64,000 nucleotides of DNA from Octopus vulgaris (taxonomy: Eukaryota). The notes under the pieces were generated by a model. That model searched no databases. It was not told the DNA's origin and saw only the letters and a program-made list of their open reading frames with translations. Positions 1-12,736 of the stretch are shown in pieces (position 1 is the first letter of the stretch; the number at the start of each line of letters is the position of its first letter). The translations under genes were made by a program, and so were the position numbers. The stretch is taken from the NCBI GenBank assembly GCA_951406725.2, contig OX597818.1:71238001-71302000 (forward strand), read 5' to 3'.

Positions 1-483
1 ATATCGTTAATATTTTTATTGGGTGACGAAATTCATCGATTTAAGAGATATAGCTGTTATTTCTAGCACATGCAGAAGACAGAAGACAGAAGAGAGAAGG
101 ATGAATATGTGTGTGTGTGAGTTTTTAGACGCAGCAAATGATTTGAGCTCAAATGCTAGGATTTCATTGGTTAAAATTCGAAGAATTAAACTACGTTAAA
201 CTTACAAATTACAATTTTGTTTTCAATATTGTTTACAATAACGTTTTCTTTTGACACATTCTACCAGTATACGAAGTTTCAAATTGTTTAGTTAACTAGA
301 AAATTCCATCCATCAAAAGGAAAAGATCCGTATTATATATACATACATATATATATTATATATACATATATATATGTATTATATATACATACATATATAT
401 ATATTATATATACACACACACACACACACACATATATATATTATATATATACACATATATATATTATATATATATACACACAA

Positions 484-542
<59 letters not shown>

Positions 543-554
543 AATATATGAATA

Positions 555-1025
555 AATGAAAGAATGGAGTTGAACGACAAATTAACAAATTTCCTTTATT
601 TTCGACATATGTTTCGAAGGCTGCATATTCCTAATTCCGAAGGAATAAGGAGTACATTATGCAGATTACTCATTATCACCATGGGCTCCTTGAGAGCAGT
701 CAGTTAAAAGTTTTTGTGAATCTTGATGTTGACATAAATTCCTTGTTTTTCCTGATGAGAAAGTGGCATAATGGACTCCTTATTCCTTCACAATTAGGAA
801 TATGCAGCCTTCGAAACATATGTCGAAAATAAAGGAAATTTGTTAATTTGTCGTTCAACTCCATTCTTTCATAAATTTTATAAAAACACACACAAATTTC
901 CACACGAAAACACGTAGTCTCTGCCCTAGGCACGTAACTTCAACCGTGTTATTTCTGATATGAATTTGCTACCCAGGTATCAGTTAAACGAATTATCCAT
1001 AAAAAGATATTTCATTTTTCTACTC
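555..1025 (+). mobile_element. Non-autonomous palindromic Penelope-like element derivative carrying a hammerhead motif
   Basis: About 557-665 is the inverted repeat of about 775-872; near-identical copy at 46758-47232; 3' part (caaccgtgtt...gctacccaggtatc) matches the end of the GIY-YIG-bearing element at 45011-46107; flanked by (AT)n. Confidence 0.75.
747..829 (+). ncRNA. Type I hammerhead ribozyme motif with extended stem II
   Basis: TTTTC-CTGATGA-GAAAGTGGCATA...TATGCAGCCTTC-GAAAC-ATAT-GTC-GAAAA: stem I TTTTC/GAAAA, intact core, GUC cleavage triplet. Confidence 0.75.
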
Positions 1026-1035
1026 AAATATATAC

Positions 1036-1087
<52 letters not shown>

Positions 1088-1171
1088 TACATATATATAT
1101 ATATATATATAAATGAGTAGCTGGAAACTGTGCATTCCACTGGACAGGCTGTTCCTGTACATGGGTGGTCT

Positions 1172-1715
1172 ATCATCATCATCATCATCATCATTTAGCG
1201 TCCGTTTTCCATGCTAGCATGGGTTGGACGGTTCAACTGGGGTCTGGGGAGCCCGAAGGCTGCACCAGGCCAGTCAGATCTGGCAGTGTTTCTACAGCTG
1301 GATGCCCTTCCTAACGCCAACCACTCCGAGAGTGTAGTGGGTGATTTTATGTGCCACCGACACAGGTGCCAGACGAGGCTGGCGAACGGCCACGCTCGGA
1401 TGGTGTTTTTATGTGCCACCGACACAGGTGCCAGACGAGGCTGGCAGACGGCCACGCTCGGATGGTGTTTTTATGTGCCACCGACACAGGTGCCAGATGA
1501 GGCTGGCGGACGGCCACGATCGGATGGTGTTTGTTACGTCCCCAAAGCACGGAGGCCAGTCTATGCGGTACTGGCTACGGCCACGTTCGGATGATTTTCT
1601 TGTGTGCCACCGGCACTGGTACCACAAAGATACAAATTCCATTGATGTTCATCTATTTTGATTTGTTTTGATTTGATTTGATTTGATTTTCACTTGCCTC
1701 AACAGGTCTTCACAA
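1172..1715 (-). mobile_element. 3' end of RTE-type LINE/SINE with (GAT)n tail and internal ~62-bp tandem repeats
   Basis: (CAT)n followed by tttagcgtccgttttccatgctagcatggg; same sequence forms the 3' end of the RTE copy at 10905-12256; many copies in the window. Confidence 0.75.
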
Positions 1716-1803
1716 GTATATATATATATACATGTGTGTGTGTATTATATATATATATGTGTGTGTATATTACATATATATATATATATATATGTATTAT
1801 ATA

Positions 1804-4684
1804 CAGTGGGGGGAAATAAATATTCGTACATGTCAAAATTCTTTATTTATTTAATTTCTAATGAACATAAATGGGATATGCCACTATTATATATTTGCAT
1901 ACACATGCATAAACTAAGAATATGCAAAAGAAACTAATAAATTATAGTAACTAATGAATTTATATACAATTGTAAATATTTAGGGGTGAAAAAAGTATTC
2001 GTACAGAACATAACTGATAATTCTGATTTAATACTTCGTAGCATAACCATTATTCAGTTCCACTTCAACCAATATCTTCTTGTAGTTCTTCACCAATGAC
2101 TCGCATGTTTCTTTAGGAATTTTTTCCCATTCTTCTTGACAAATTTTCTTCAAATCTGCAATGCACTTTGGGACTCTTCAATGAATTGTAATTTTCAAAT
2201 AACGCCACAAATTTCCAATGGAGTTCAAGTCAGGAGTCTGGCTTGGCCATTCTAATAATTTTATATTGTGATCGACAATCCATTTTTTGATAGACTTCGC
2301 CGTGTGCATAGGATTGTTACGAGGGGTGTTCAATAAGTAATGCCCCTGACCCACTTCCCATAGCAGTAGAGCAACGAAACTTGGCACAGTTATTAGACTT
2401 TTTCTACATAGGAACCACCCAGAGTTACGCATTTCTCCCATCGTTTGATGCGGCTCTGGAGACCATTTTTGTAGAAGAACCCAGCTTGGTCCTCCAACCT
2501 CAACGTGACTTCAGAAATCAAGGCTGCATCATCTAAGAAACGCTTTCCTTTCAAAAACAACTTCATGATTGGGAAGAGGTGAAAATCAGAGGGTGCAAGG
2601 CCAGGAAAGTAGGGGGATGGGGAGGAGTTCATAGCCATACGCCTGTGCTTCTGATCTGGCGACAAGCGAGTTGTGGACCGGAGCGTTGTCCTGCAGGAGG
2701 AGGATGCCTTTGCTGATCTTGCCCCGCCTCTTGATTTTGATAACTTCTCTTAATTTCCTCAAAAAGTGAAGCATAATAGGCTCCTGCAATTGTGGTACCC
2801 TTTGCCAGGAAATCTGTCATCACTACTCCGTCCTGGTCCCAGAAGTCTGTGAGCATGACCTTGCCAGCGGAGGACTGCACCCTTGCCTTCTTTGAGGGGG
2901 TGAGTCACGGTGCTTCCACTGCATTGACTGGGCTTTGGTCTCTGGATCATCGTGATGGACCCAGGTTTCATCCTGTGTAATCAGTCTTTTGAAAAATTTT
3001 GACTCATCTTCTTGGCACATCTCCAAATTCACCCTCGAGCACTCGACGCGTTCTTGCTTCTGGAAAGGTGTGAGCAACCTGGGAATCCATCTGGCAGACA
3101 CCTTTTGCATATGCAAATGGTCATGAATGATAGTTTCCACAGACACGGTACTAATCTTGACTTCATGGGCTATTTGGCGAATAATTATGCGTCAATCTTC
3201 CAAAATGGCAGCCTCAACTTGACGGACAGATGCCTCGTCAATGGCAGAAGGGGGCGACCAGATCTGGGAGCTGTTTCCACAGAGTTCCGACCATGTTTGA
3301 ATTCACGATGCCAGCGTTTTACAAGGTCATATGATGGGGCATCATCACCATAAGTTACTTTCATTTCATCAAAAGTCTCCCGTGGTGTGCGTCCTTTCAA
3401 ATACAAAAACCGGATCACTGCTCGACACTCAACAGGCTCCATTTCACACTTGAATCGGTTCAAACACCTGTAAATCAGAAACCACAATTAATTCAGAGCT
3501 GTAATTTGCCACTTACTCTATAGAGATATAAATGATTGCACATGCAAAATTTCAGCTAGATCAAACAACTGCAAGTAGGTCAGAGGCATTACTTATTGAA
3601 CGTCCCTCGTATCTTGTTGTAAAACCTACCCTTCATAATGCTGGAGCTTTTCTACAGAGTCCCATAAATTATTGTTCAAAATATTTTGGTACATCTCTGC
3701 ATTCATTCTACCATCTATCACATGTAAATTGCCAGTACCATTTGCAGAGAAACACCCCCACGCCATGATGTCGCCACCTCCAAACAGTAGGAATTGTGTT
3801 TTTCGGCGAATAGGTTGTACCATCTTTCCTCCAAACATGGCTACGCGAATTTTGTCCAAACAATTCAATTTTCGACTCTCTGTCTATAGAACATTTTCCC
3901 AGAATGTATCAGATTTATCTTTATGTTCATAAACAAATTTTAAATGGGCATCTCTATGCCTTTTAGTCAACAGTGGAGTTTTTCTAGGAGAGCGTGACTT
4001 CAGTTCATTGCTGATTGTTCGTAGTGTAACATTAGTCCCTGAAGCTAACAAATCTTCTTGCAACTCCTTTCTGATGATCATTGGGGTTTTTTTCGATTCT
4101 TGGCTTCATTTTTCTTAAAGATCAGGGGAAATCTTGCACCAGATCTTATTCTGTTTTCAACAGTTCCTGATTTTTTTTATATCTTTGAATAAATGAAGAT
4201 ATGGTAGAAAATGGAATACAAAGGGTCTCTGATATTTTCCTGTAACTTTTACCTGCTTTCCACTGTTCAATAATTAAGTTTTTCACTGAATTTGTGAGTT
4301 CTTTACTTTTTGCTATTATTACGATACTACTGTATGTTGTCTCAGTGCTGAATGAAGAAGCAAGCGTTTTGACACTTAAAAATGACAACTGATAAGATTA
4401 TTGGAGCAAACGAGTAAGTTCTAGTAAAAAAAAATTTAAATATTTTAACAGTATTTTGTGGCATAGAAAATCATAAATTTATTCTGTACGAATACTTTTT
4501 TCACCCCTAAATATTTACAATTGTATATAAATTCATTAGTTACTATAATTTATTAGTTTCTTTTGCATATTCTTAGTTTATGCATCTGTATGCAAATATA
4601 GTATTGGTGTATCCCATTTATGTTCAGTAGAAATTAAATAAATAAAGAATTTTGACATGTACGAATATTTATTTCCCCCCACTG
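1804..4684 (-). mobile_element. Tc1-like DNA transposon (degenerate), ~220-bp TIRs, TA target
   Basis: TA|CAGTGGGGGGAAATAAATATTCG ... CGAATATTTATTTCCCCCCACTG|TA; transposase fragments [47 protein letters not shown]. Confidence 0.92.
2320..3609 (-). mobile_element. Mariner element (1290 bp, frameshifted) nested in the Tc1 element
   Basis: TIRs CGAGGGGTGTTCAATAAGTAATGCC / GGCATTACTTATTGAACGTCCCTCG, TA duplication; motifs WIPRLL, ITQDETW, LQDNAPVH, LAPSDFHLF. Confidence 0.93.
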
Positions 4685-4714
4685 TATATAAATATGTGTG
4701 TATTATATATATAT

Positions 4715-5090
4715 ATATAAAACCGAGAATGTGTGTCTGTATGTCTGTCTGTCTGTGTGTTTCCCTAAAACTTGAGAACTACACAACAAATCTCATTCAA
4801 ATTTTACACATGCCTTACTTAGGGTCCATGTAGTTTCATGGGCAAAAAAAATGTTCAACTTCTTGCCTAGAGCGAGCCCATAGCAATATCATATCTTCTC
4901 CACTATTTCAGTATTACATGTTAAAAGTGAAACAAAAACGTTTCTCTATTTTATGTCAGATACTTTCACTTTAACAATAAAAATAATAATAACAATTGAA
5001 TTATATGTAGTAAGTAATAATTAAAATCAAACTAAAGTATAATATAATCGTAACATAACAAAAGTAAAAATAGCAATTGGTATAAAATTG
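4715..5090 (+). mobile_element. Probable Helitron/Helentron-like non-autonomous fragment
   Basis: AT-rich start followed by (GTCT)n tract, like the start of the Helitron at 57547-57929. Confidence 0.4.
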
Positions 5091-5669
5091 CATCAATGAC
5101 TTGAACTTGAATAAGTGGTTTCACATGAATGGGAATAAATTAAAAACAAAATTAGCATGCAGAAATGGAATAATCCAGATGGATAATAGAAAATTAAATT
5201 AAAGAAAAGACTATTGTCTATAAAGTATACAATGTAGAGAAAAAAGAAGATTTGAACACCTGGAGGAAAGCACCATCGAAAAGTGTCTTGGTGCAACTAT
5301 GAAAGATATCTAACCAGAGGCGGTAAATTCGCCACAATAGAAGCAAGATTCGAGTCAATGGAGCGTGCAAGGGAGTACTCGACTCAAACTTGCAAAGTGG
5401 AAATATTTTATTTTTACCTTTATATCTGGGACGTAGGACGTGCCGGATAAAAATTTAAAATGTCCCCCCCCCCCCCCAGAAATTGAGGTAGGCTGGATTG
5501 TAGCCACACTTCTATACAAGAGGGAGGAAAGATACAATTGAGCGAAATTGCAAGAGACAGGCTTACAATTCCAGTCTGTTATATATTTTGAGTATTGTTA
5601 TCACTAGCGATATGAAGATATAACTTTGTATTTTGTATTTTATGTGTAGATGTATATATATAGATGTGT

Positions 5670-6055
5670 GGAGGCGCAATGGCCCAGTGGTTAGGGCAGC
5701 GGACTTGCGGTCATAGGATAGCGGTTTCGATTCCCAGACCGGGCGTTGTGAGTGTTTATTGAGCGAAAACACCTAAAAGCTCCACGAGGCTCCGGCAGGG
5801 GATGGTGGTGATCCCTGCTGTACTCTTTCACCACAACTTTCTCTCACTCTTACTTCCTGTTTCTGTTGTACCTGTATTTCAAGGGGCCGGCCTTGTCACT
5901 CTCTGTGTCACGCTGAATATCCCCGAGAACTACGTTAAGGGTGCACGTGTCTGTGGAGTGCTCAGCCACTTACATGTTAATTTCACGAGCAGGCTGTTCC
6001 GTTAATTCGGATCAACCGGAACTCTCATCGTCGTAACCGACAGAGTGCTTCCAAA
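5670..6055 (+). mobile_element. tRNA-derived SINE
   Basis: A box TGGCCCAGTGG, B box GGTTTCGATTCC, ~385-bp body, possible agatgt target duplication. Confidence 0.8.
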
Positions 6056-7318
6056 CAGATGTACATGTAATATGTACACATATATATATACACATATATA
6101 TACACACATATATACATGCACTAGCACTATGACCCGGCAACAACGGGTCATAATGCTAATATATATATATATATATATATGAGTAGCTGTGCAGTCCACT
6201 GGGTAGGCTGTTCCTGTTCTTGAGTGGTCTGTTGATCTAACATCATCATCTGGTCTTTAAATACTGTCAGTGAAATCCATTTTGACCAAGCTTTAGGTTG
6301 GAGTGATGTCCTTCCTCTAGTGACTTATATTTTATCTGAAATTTATGTATTTCTGTCATTCATCTCCTGCTCTGATAATAAGGTACAACATATAAATAAA
6401 TTACTGGTATTTTCTTTTATGTTTTGTATAAAGAATAAATCCAGAATGCAATTATTGATTAAGAGTTTTGATGCCTGTCTCATAAAATGAAGAAGATATC
6501 AAAAATAACTAAGAGCAATATCAACCAAAATATTAACAAAGATATATATGAGAATAAAGAACTGATATGTAATGACTGAAAGCATTGATTCCAAAGTTTG
6601 GCACAAGGCCAGCAAGTTCTGGGGAGGAGTAAGTTAATTACATCAACCCCAGTGTTTAACTGGTACTTACTTTATCAACCCCAAAAGGATGACAGGCAAA
6701 GTCAGTCTCAGCAGAACTTGAACTCAGAATGCAAAGACAGGCATTTTGCCCCACATGCTAACAATTCTGCCAGTTTGCCACCTGACTGAACATATTGGTT
6801 TGCATATGCACATGCCTGCATACATGCACAAACACAATCTCTTACAACAATTATAGACATTAAATAAACATTTTGCTGAAAACGAAATAAAAAGCAATCT
6901 AAGTTTCAAATCAACAGTAAATAAAAAAAATAAATGCAAGAAAGAATTGCAGTGTAACTGGAATTATACAACTTCAATTTCATAGAAAGCCTTGAAAGAA
7001 TTTAAGCAACTGATACATCAAATTGCATGCAATAATTATGATTTAACAACACACAGTTCAGGGTGAATTAATATCATAACTCTTTCAAGTCATTAAGTAA
7101 GTGTCTGGAAAACTTAATTAGAAAACTTAAGATAAAGATTTTACAAGGGAAAATTAAATAAGTTATCCTTTCAGGCAGATGACAAAGGGTTAAAAATATT
7201 TGAGTTTTTCTAGGTTATTTTGTCTCTCTTCAGTCCCCAACCCCCTCATGATTATAGACAGGTTCTGACAATAATTAAATAGTCTGTTTGTTTTTTTAAT
7301 GCATAAAAAAAATCAATC

Positions 7319-7717
7319 TTACTCTGATTTTATTGTTTTGTGAGTCACAGAATATTCATGATCATAATTTTGTTTCTCTGGACAATTGAGATCGATATTG
7401 CAATGACCTTCTTCCATTGAGCTATTGTGTCCTACAAATAAGTCCCTTAAGAAACTCAGTTCTTTATTAAGGGTCTGTATTTTTTGTTGCAGATCTTGGT
7501 TTTCTTTGCGCAATCGTGTCACTCTGTCAATAGTTTCTTTTGCCTTCAAACGATTTTTGCTGCGACATTTGCGTACTGCAATATTGTTACGTAAGCGTCG
7601 TTTCTTGTACATATCACCAGATTTTTCATCCTGTATTGAACTTGTAATACTGGCATCTCCATTGCCATTCTTCAAATCCTCCATTGAATTATCCATCACA
7701 GTTTGTTTCTTAGGCAT
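7319..7717 (-). CDS. CEBPG: CCAAT/enhancer-binding protein gamma-like bZIP factor, 132 aa, single coding exon
   Basis: YKKRRLRNNIAVRKCRSKNRLKAKETIDRVTRLRKENQDLQQKIQTLNKELSFLRDLF matches the C/EBP-gamma basic region and zipper; short with no activation domain; splice acceptor TTATTTTTCAG just upstream (exon starts 7749). Confidence 0.92.
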   Translation of the reverse strand: MPKKQTVMDNSMEDLKNGNGDASITSSIQDEKSGDMYKKRRLRNNIAVRKCRSKNRLKAKETIDRVTRLRKENQDLQQKIQTLNKELSFLRDLFVGHNSSMEEGHCNIDLNCPEKQNYDHEYSVTHKTIKSE

Positions 7718-7929
7718 TTTTGGTGAAAAAGATTTGATACACTATTGCTCTGAAAAATAAGAAAAACTTTATCAAAAGTTTGGAATTCGAAGACTCAACT
7801 AATTGAATTAAATAAAATATGCTCAAAGCACTTTGTACCCCAGAGAGTAGGCAAATAGAAATACATCTTAATATTTTTGCACACACAAAAATAATATTAC
7901 CCTGTACACTAACTACTATATAACAATTG

Positions 7930-8065
7930 CACTGTAGAAGGTGTTTATAAGCCATTTAAGAAAAACACAAAATCCATTAGATTCACTTCAACATTTAAGT
8001 TTAGTTTGTCAAAATATTTTCGTTGCTTTGAGACCGTGACCTGTTCGCTGACAAAATTCCAGGCT
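7930..8065 (-). mobile_element. Repeat family copy containing G3-C8 hammerhead variant (8005-8055)
   Basis: Homologous to both arms of 58096-58355; reverse strand TTTGTCA-GCGAACA-G-GTCAC..GCAAC-GAAAATATTT-TGACAAA. Confidence 0.65.
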
Positions 8066-8099
8066 GCATCTGAGAAAGTAACAGTTCATGATATATATG

Positions 8100-8139
<40 letters not shown>

Positions 8140-8849
8140 TGTGTGTACATGTGTGTATGTATATATGTATTTGTGTGCGTATGTATGTGGACATGTATGT
8201 GCGTATGCATTTGTGTACATGCATATGCATGTGTGCATGCCTATACTCATGTATGTATGTGACTATTTAGGAGAGAGTGTAGACGTGGCTGTGTGTGTGT
8301 ACATGTGTATGTACATGTGAATGTACGTTTATGTACTGATGTGTGTCTGTTCAAGTTGTATACATGACTGTTACTTTGTGATGGTTGTATACACACACAT
8401 ATACATGTATATAGACATGCATATACACACACGTGTGTGTGTGTGTTTGTCTCTCTCACCACTGTCTAACGGTGAATGGATACAATGTCTTAGACACATA
8501 TATGCACATATAACCTTACATATATATAAGTACACACAATCATAGACACTAACACACACTCACAAATATACGTGTATTCTTATAGTATACACATATATAT
8601 GCTTATCCATGTCTACATATGTATATGACAGTATTTACAATATAAAATTTGTCTCACGTTTTTCTACTACATGCTGTTGGTATGTATAAAATATTCAGTA
8701 AGTATTTAATCAAGCCACTGACTGATACACAATATGTCCAACCAATTAGCCAATTTCAGCTTTGCTCCTGGTTTCTGTCTGATTTCAACAACAAGTACTA
8801 TCAGGTCTTTAAGAATGAAATATCTGATTTTGAACTGAAAGTTTATTTT

Positions 8850-10007
8850 ACTTTATCTCAACAAAAAGCAATGCAGTTAATCAAAGAATGCACTTAAATT
8901 ATCAACACAATTTTGCCATTTTATTGGTACCTTATTTATGCTGGCAGTGAAGAATTCTGGAGAGCAAGGGGCGATGAAGTCGCAAAAGGTTGCTTTTGCA
9001 TTTTCTTCAGATTTAAAGATTTTACCTTGTAAAAAGTCGTCTAATGCCTGGAAAACCTGATAGTCAGTTGGTGTAAGGTCTGTTGAATATGGTGGATAAC
9101 AGAGTATTTCCAAGTTCAGTTCCTGTGACTTGAGTAGTGTTCTTTGTGCATGTGGTCGAGCACTGTCTTGCAAGAGAACTGGCCTGTCTCTCTTGACCAA
9201 TCTCAGTTGTTTTAAGTTCACTCATTATTTCATCCAGTTGGTTGATGTATACATCTGCTGTAATTGACTTACCATATCTCACGAAGCTGTAGTTGATGAC
9301 ACCAGCACTGGACCATCAAACAGACACCATTAACTTTTTTTGTTGAATATTCTTTTTTGTTTTGTGTTTGGGCACTACATCTCTATCCAACAACTATGTA
9401 GAACGCTTGAAAAGAAGCCATTTTTCATCACACGTAACAATATGATGCAAAAATGGTTCGCTTTAATGATATGACAGCAAAGAATAGCAAGTTTCAAGCC
9501 GATGTGTCATTTGATGCTTGTTCAGTTTGTGTGGTACTCACTTGTCCAGCTTCTTTACTATGCTGATTTGTTTCAGATGGTCCAATACAGTTGGAATTAA
9601 AACAGCTCATCATTATCCACCTTGGTCTCAGGTCTACTTAGGGGTTGATTTTCAAGAGTAAAGTCACCAGACCAGAACTTCTCAAACCATCGATATACAG
9701 TGCGCTCATTTGCCACATCTTCACCAAAAACCTCATTGATGTTTCGAGATGTCTGGAATGCATTGGTTCCATGATGGAACTCATTTTCATAAACAATACA
9801 AAGTTTTGATTTATCCTTGGGTTCACAAAAACTGATTTTCAAGAGAAATCTCACAATAGAATCAGAGGCCATGAATTGCATTTCGTAAAGTGATGATGTA
9901 ACTCTTCAGTGTTGTAAAACAAAGAATTGTCAGGATGAAACATTAGAGTTAACAAGTGTTAAATTTGTGCATAAGAATATTGGACATTTCATATTAACAA
10001 CCTGATA
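8850..10007 (-). mobile_element. Degenerate mariner transposon
   Basis: LLQDSARPH, YPPYSTDLTPTDY, ERTVYRWFEKF fragments. Confidence 0.85.
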
Positions 10008-10169
10008 TCAAGTTCTCATTGTAGTCACAAGAGTAATGGGCACAGTCAAGATAGTACTACTATATTTATAGCTACAAGAGAGCAGTCAGGATAGAACTAC
10101 TGCTCAAGACACTTTGTATGACAGGTTAATGCCTTGCCGTTTCGAGAGTCAATCAAACTTTCAAAAAAC

Positions 10170-10600
10170 TTCATCAGACTGTATGCAGAAAGCCACCTTT
10201 GTGTCCATGAAGTACTGTGATTATGATGGCCAAAGGTTCCTGCACTCCAGGTTTATGCTGATACAAGACTTCAGTCTTTTTCATATATAGTGATAAGCTA
10301 AAAGCAGTCACTACACTTTCAAAATGATGTGTAATTTTCTGGATATCTTCTAAGGAATAAATCACCAGTAAAAAAAAATTCCAAATACATGTAAATAATG
10401 ATGGGGCAAGTACACAAACCTGCTTTATTCCCAAGGCAAATAGAAAGGCAGCTAGATGTCATTCCAAAAAGAGAATGTGACATACCTACTTGATGGAACT
10501 GCCTGACAATATCCAAATCTTTTGAGCAGAGACCTTAAAATAAGCCATCTCTTCTTACACAGTTGAAAGCCTTCATAGTTGATGAATATGAAAAATAAAT
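10170..10600 (-). mobile_element. Old RTE-type reverse transcriptase relic
   Basis: GIKQVCVLAPSLF resembles the GVKQGCVLAP motif; KKTEVLYQ. Confidence 0.55.
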
Positions 10601-10904
10601 GCAAGGCTTACTATTTGATAGACTTTATCTGAGCATAATCTTGACATACCGATGACCACTATACTTAAGTTACAAGTATGTATCTTCTAGTTAGCAGCTT
10701 CTAGCTTTTCAAGCCTGCCACCTTCATAATACTGCCTTTACTAGTAGTGGAGGTGTCTTATTTAATTTTGACCTTCATGCCTTGATCCTGTAGAACATCA
10801 AAAATTTAACAGCTGGAGAGAGGGAGAGAGAGCAAGAGAGGAGACAGAAGTATGGTTTATCTGAAGGTGCACCTTTATCCATCTTGTTGCAGAGCATCAT
10901 TATT

Positions 10905-12256
10905 GAGTATGTACCCAGTGTAAGCTATGGACACATAAGATGTGCAGTAATATCAAAAGAAGGCTAACTGGGAAGATATTTTTTATATGTGGCAAATGCT
11001 CAGGAGCAATAAACATTGAAAATGAGCAAAGAACAACTTCTCTCACATTCCAGGGAGAAAAACTACAAGTAGTTGATGGCTTCCATTACGTAGGTGACCA
11101 AGTCAGTAGTGAGGGTGGATGCTCTAAAAGTGTAGCTGCTAGAATAAGAATAGCCTGGGCAAAGTTCAGAGAGCTCATACATTTTCTGGTGACAAAGGAC
11201 TTCTCGATCAGAGTAAAAGGTAGACCGTATGACACATGTGTACGAACAACCACGCTAAATGGCAGTGAAACATGGCCCGTGACTGGTGAGGACTTGCGCA
11301 AACTTGCAAGGAATGAAGCCAGTATGCACCGCTGGATGTGTAATGTCAGTGTGCATACACAACAGAGTGTAAGTGCCTTGAGAGAAAAGTTAGACTTAAG
11401 AAACATCAGATGTGGTGTGCAAGAGAGACGACTGAGCTGGTATGGTCATGTGTTGCAAATGGTTGAGGATAGCTGTATGAAAAAGTATCACACCCTAGAA
11501 GTTGAGGGAACCTGTGGAAGAGATAGACCCAGGAAGACTTGGGATGAGGTGGTCAAGCATGACCTTCAAACATTGGGCCTCACCGAGGCAATGACTAGTG
11601 ACCGAGACCTTTGGAGATATGCTATGCTTGAGAAGACCCAGCAAGCCAAGTGAGACCATAACCTGTGGCCTATGCCAGTGGTGTATAACCAGCCCACTTA
11701 TCAGTACCCTTCATTCATTGAACAATAAACTTTGCTTGCGAAGAATAGTTGAGGCAAGTGAAATCAAAATCAAAGTCGCTGACATGGCCAACTACAGTAC
11801 CGCCTGATTAGCACTCATGCCAGTGGGACGTTAAAAGCACCATCCAAGTGTGATCACTGCCAGGGCCATTGACTGGCTCCCGTGCTGGTGGCATGTAAAA
11901 AGCACCATTCGAGCGTGAGTGCTGCAAGCACCGCCTTACTGGCACTTGTGCATGTGAAAAATAACATTCGAGCATGGTGGTTGCCAGTGCCACCAGACTG
12001 GCACATAAAAAAAACACCTTTTGAGCCAGTACCACCAGAGTGTGCCAGTACCATCTGACTGGCCCTCATGCCAGTGGCACATAAAAGCACCCATTACACT
12101 CTCAGAGTGGTTGGTGTTAGGAAGGGCATCCTGCTGTAGAAACTTTGCCAGATCACATTGGAGCCTGATGCAGCCTTCTGGCTTGCCAGTCCTCAGTCAA
12201 ACTGTCCAGCCCATGCCAGCACAGAAAGCGGACGTTAAACGATGATGATGATGATG
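10905..12256 (+). mobile_element. 5'-truncated RTE-clade LINE with 3' UTR repeats and (GAT)n tail
   Basis: ORF 10940-11653: RIRIAWAKFREL, NGSETW, RRLSWYGHVLQM, GRDRPRKTW; ends in gatgatgat. Confidence 0.9.
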
Positions 12257-12736
12257 TACAGTTTGTAATAGTTCTTACACTGCCAATGGTTGGAGTTACA
12301 GCATCCCGGTGAATACTGCTACTGTTAGTTGATGATTTTATTAGCTACAAAACAAATTTCTATATCTAAAGACTTTTACATTAGCTGCCACTTGTGGTTT
12401 GCCCTTTAACAGTACAGTTCATATCTTGAGATTATGCTGTTCACATTTAAAACTTGGCTATATACAACGGACCATTCAGGTATTAAACACACATCCAGTC
12501 TCAGAGGCCTCATAAAGGATCATAGACACTACCTTTCCTCCTGTTTAAAGGTATAAAAAATATTACCAAGAGTTAAGGAAGTAATTAAATAATAAATGTC
12601 TTACCTCAAAGTTTAATTTATTAACTGAAGCCAAAGTTTATAATGAAATTTAAAATAAGAAAATCAGTAAGCATATGACCAGATGAATGAAAAAGTTTAC
12701 TATGACACAAAGGCAGACAGAGGAAACAATAAATAA

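Noticed and set aside
374-588. Y/I/H/T/C/V-rich ORFs here and at 8001-8559, 51034-51425, 58213-58578
   Set aside because: Translations of (AT)n/(GT)n microsatellites
5670-5745. Possible tRNA gene
   Set aside because: Has A/B boxes but no clean acceptor stem and continues into a SINE body
6121-6150. Helitron 3' end (GACCCG/CGGGTC hairpin plus CTAG, minus strand)
   Set aside because: Too short and no matching 5' end in the same orientation, so not called as an element
12605-12624. Possible 20-nt 5' UTR micro-exon of CEBPG (CTTCAG...GAG|GTAAGA on minus strand)
   Set aside because: Splice-like motifs alone are common in AT-rich introns; no further support
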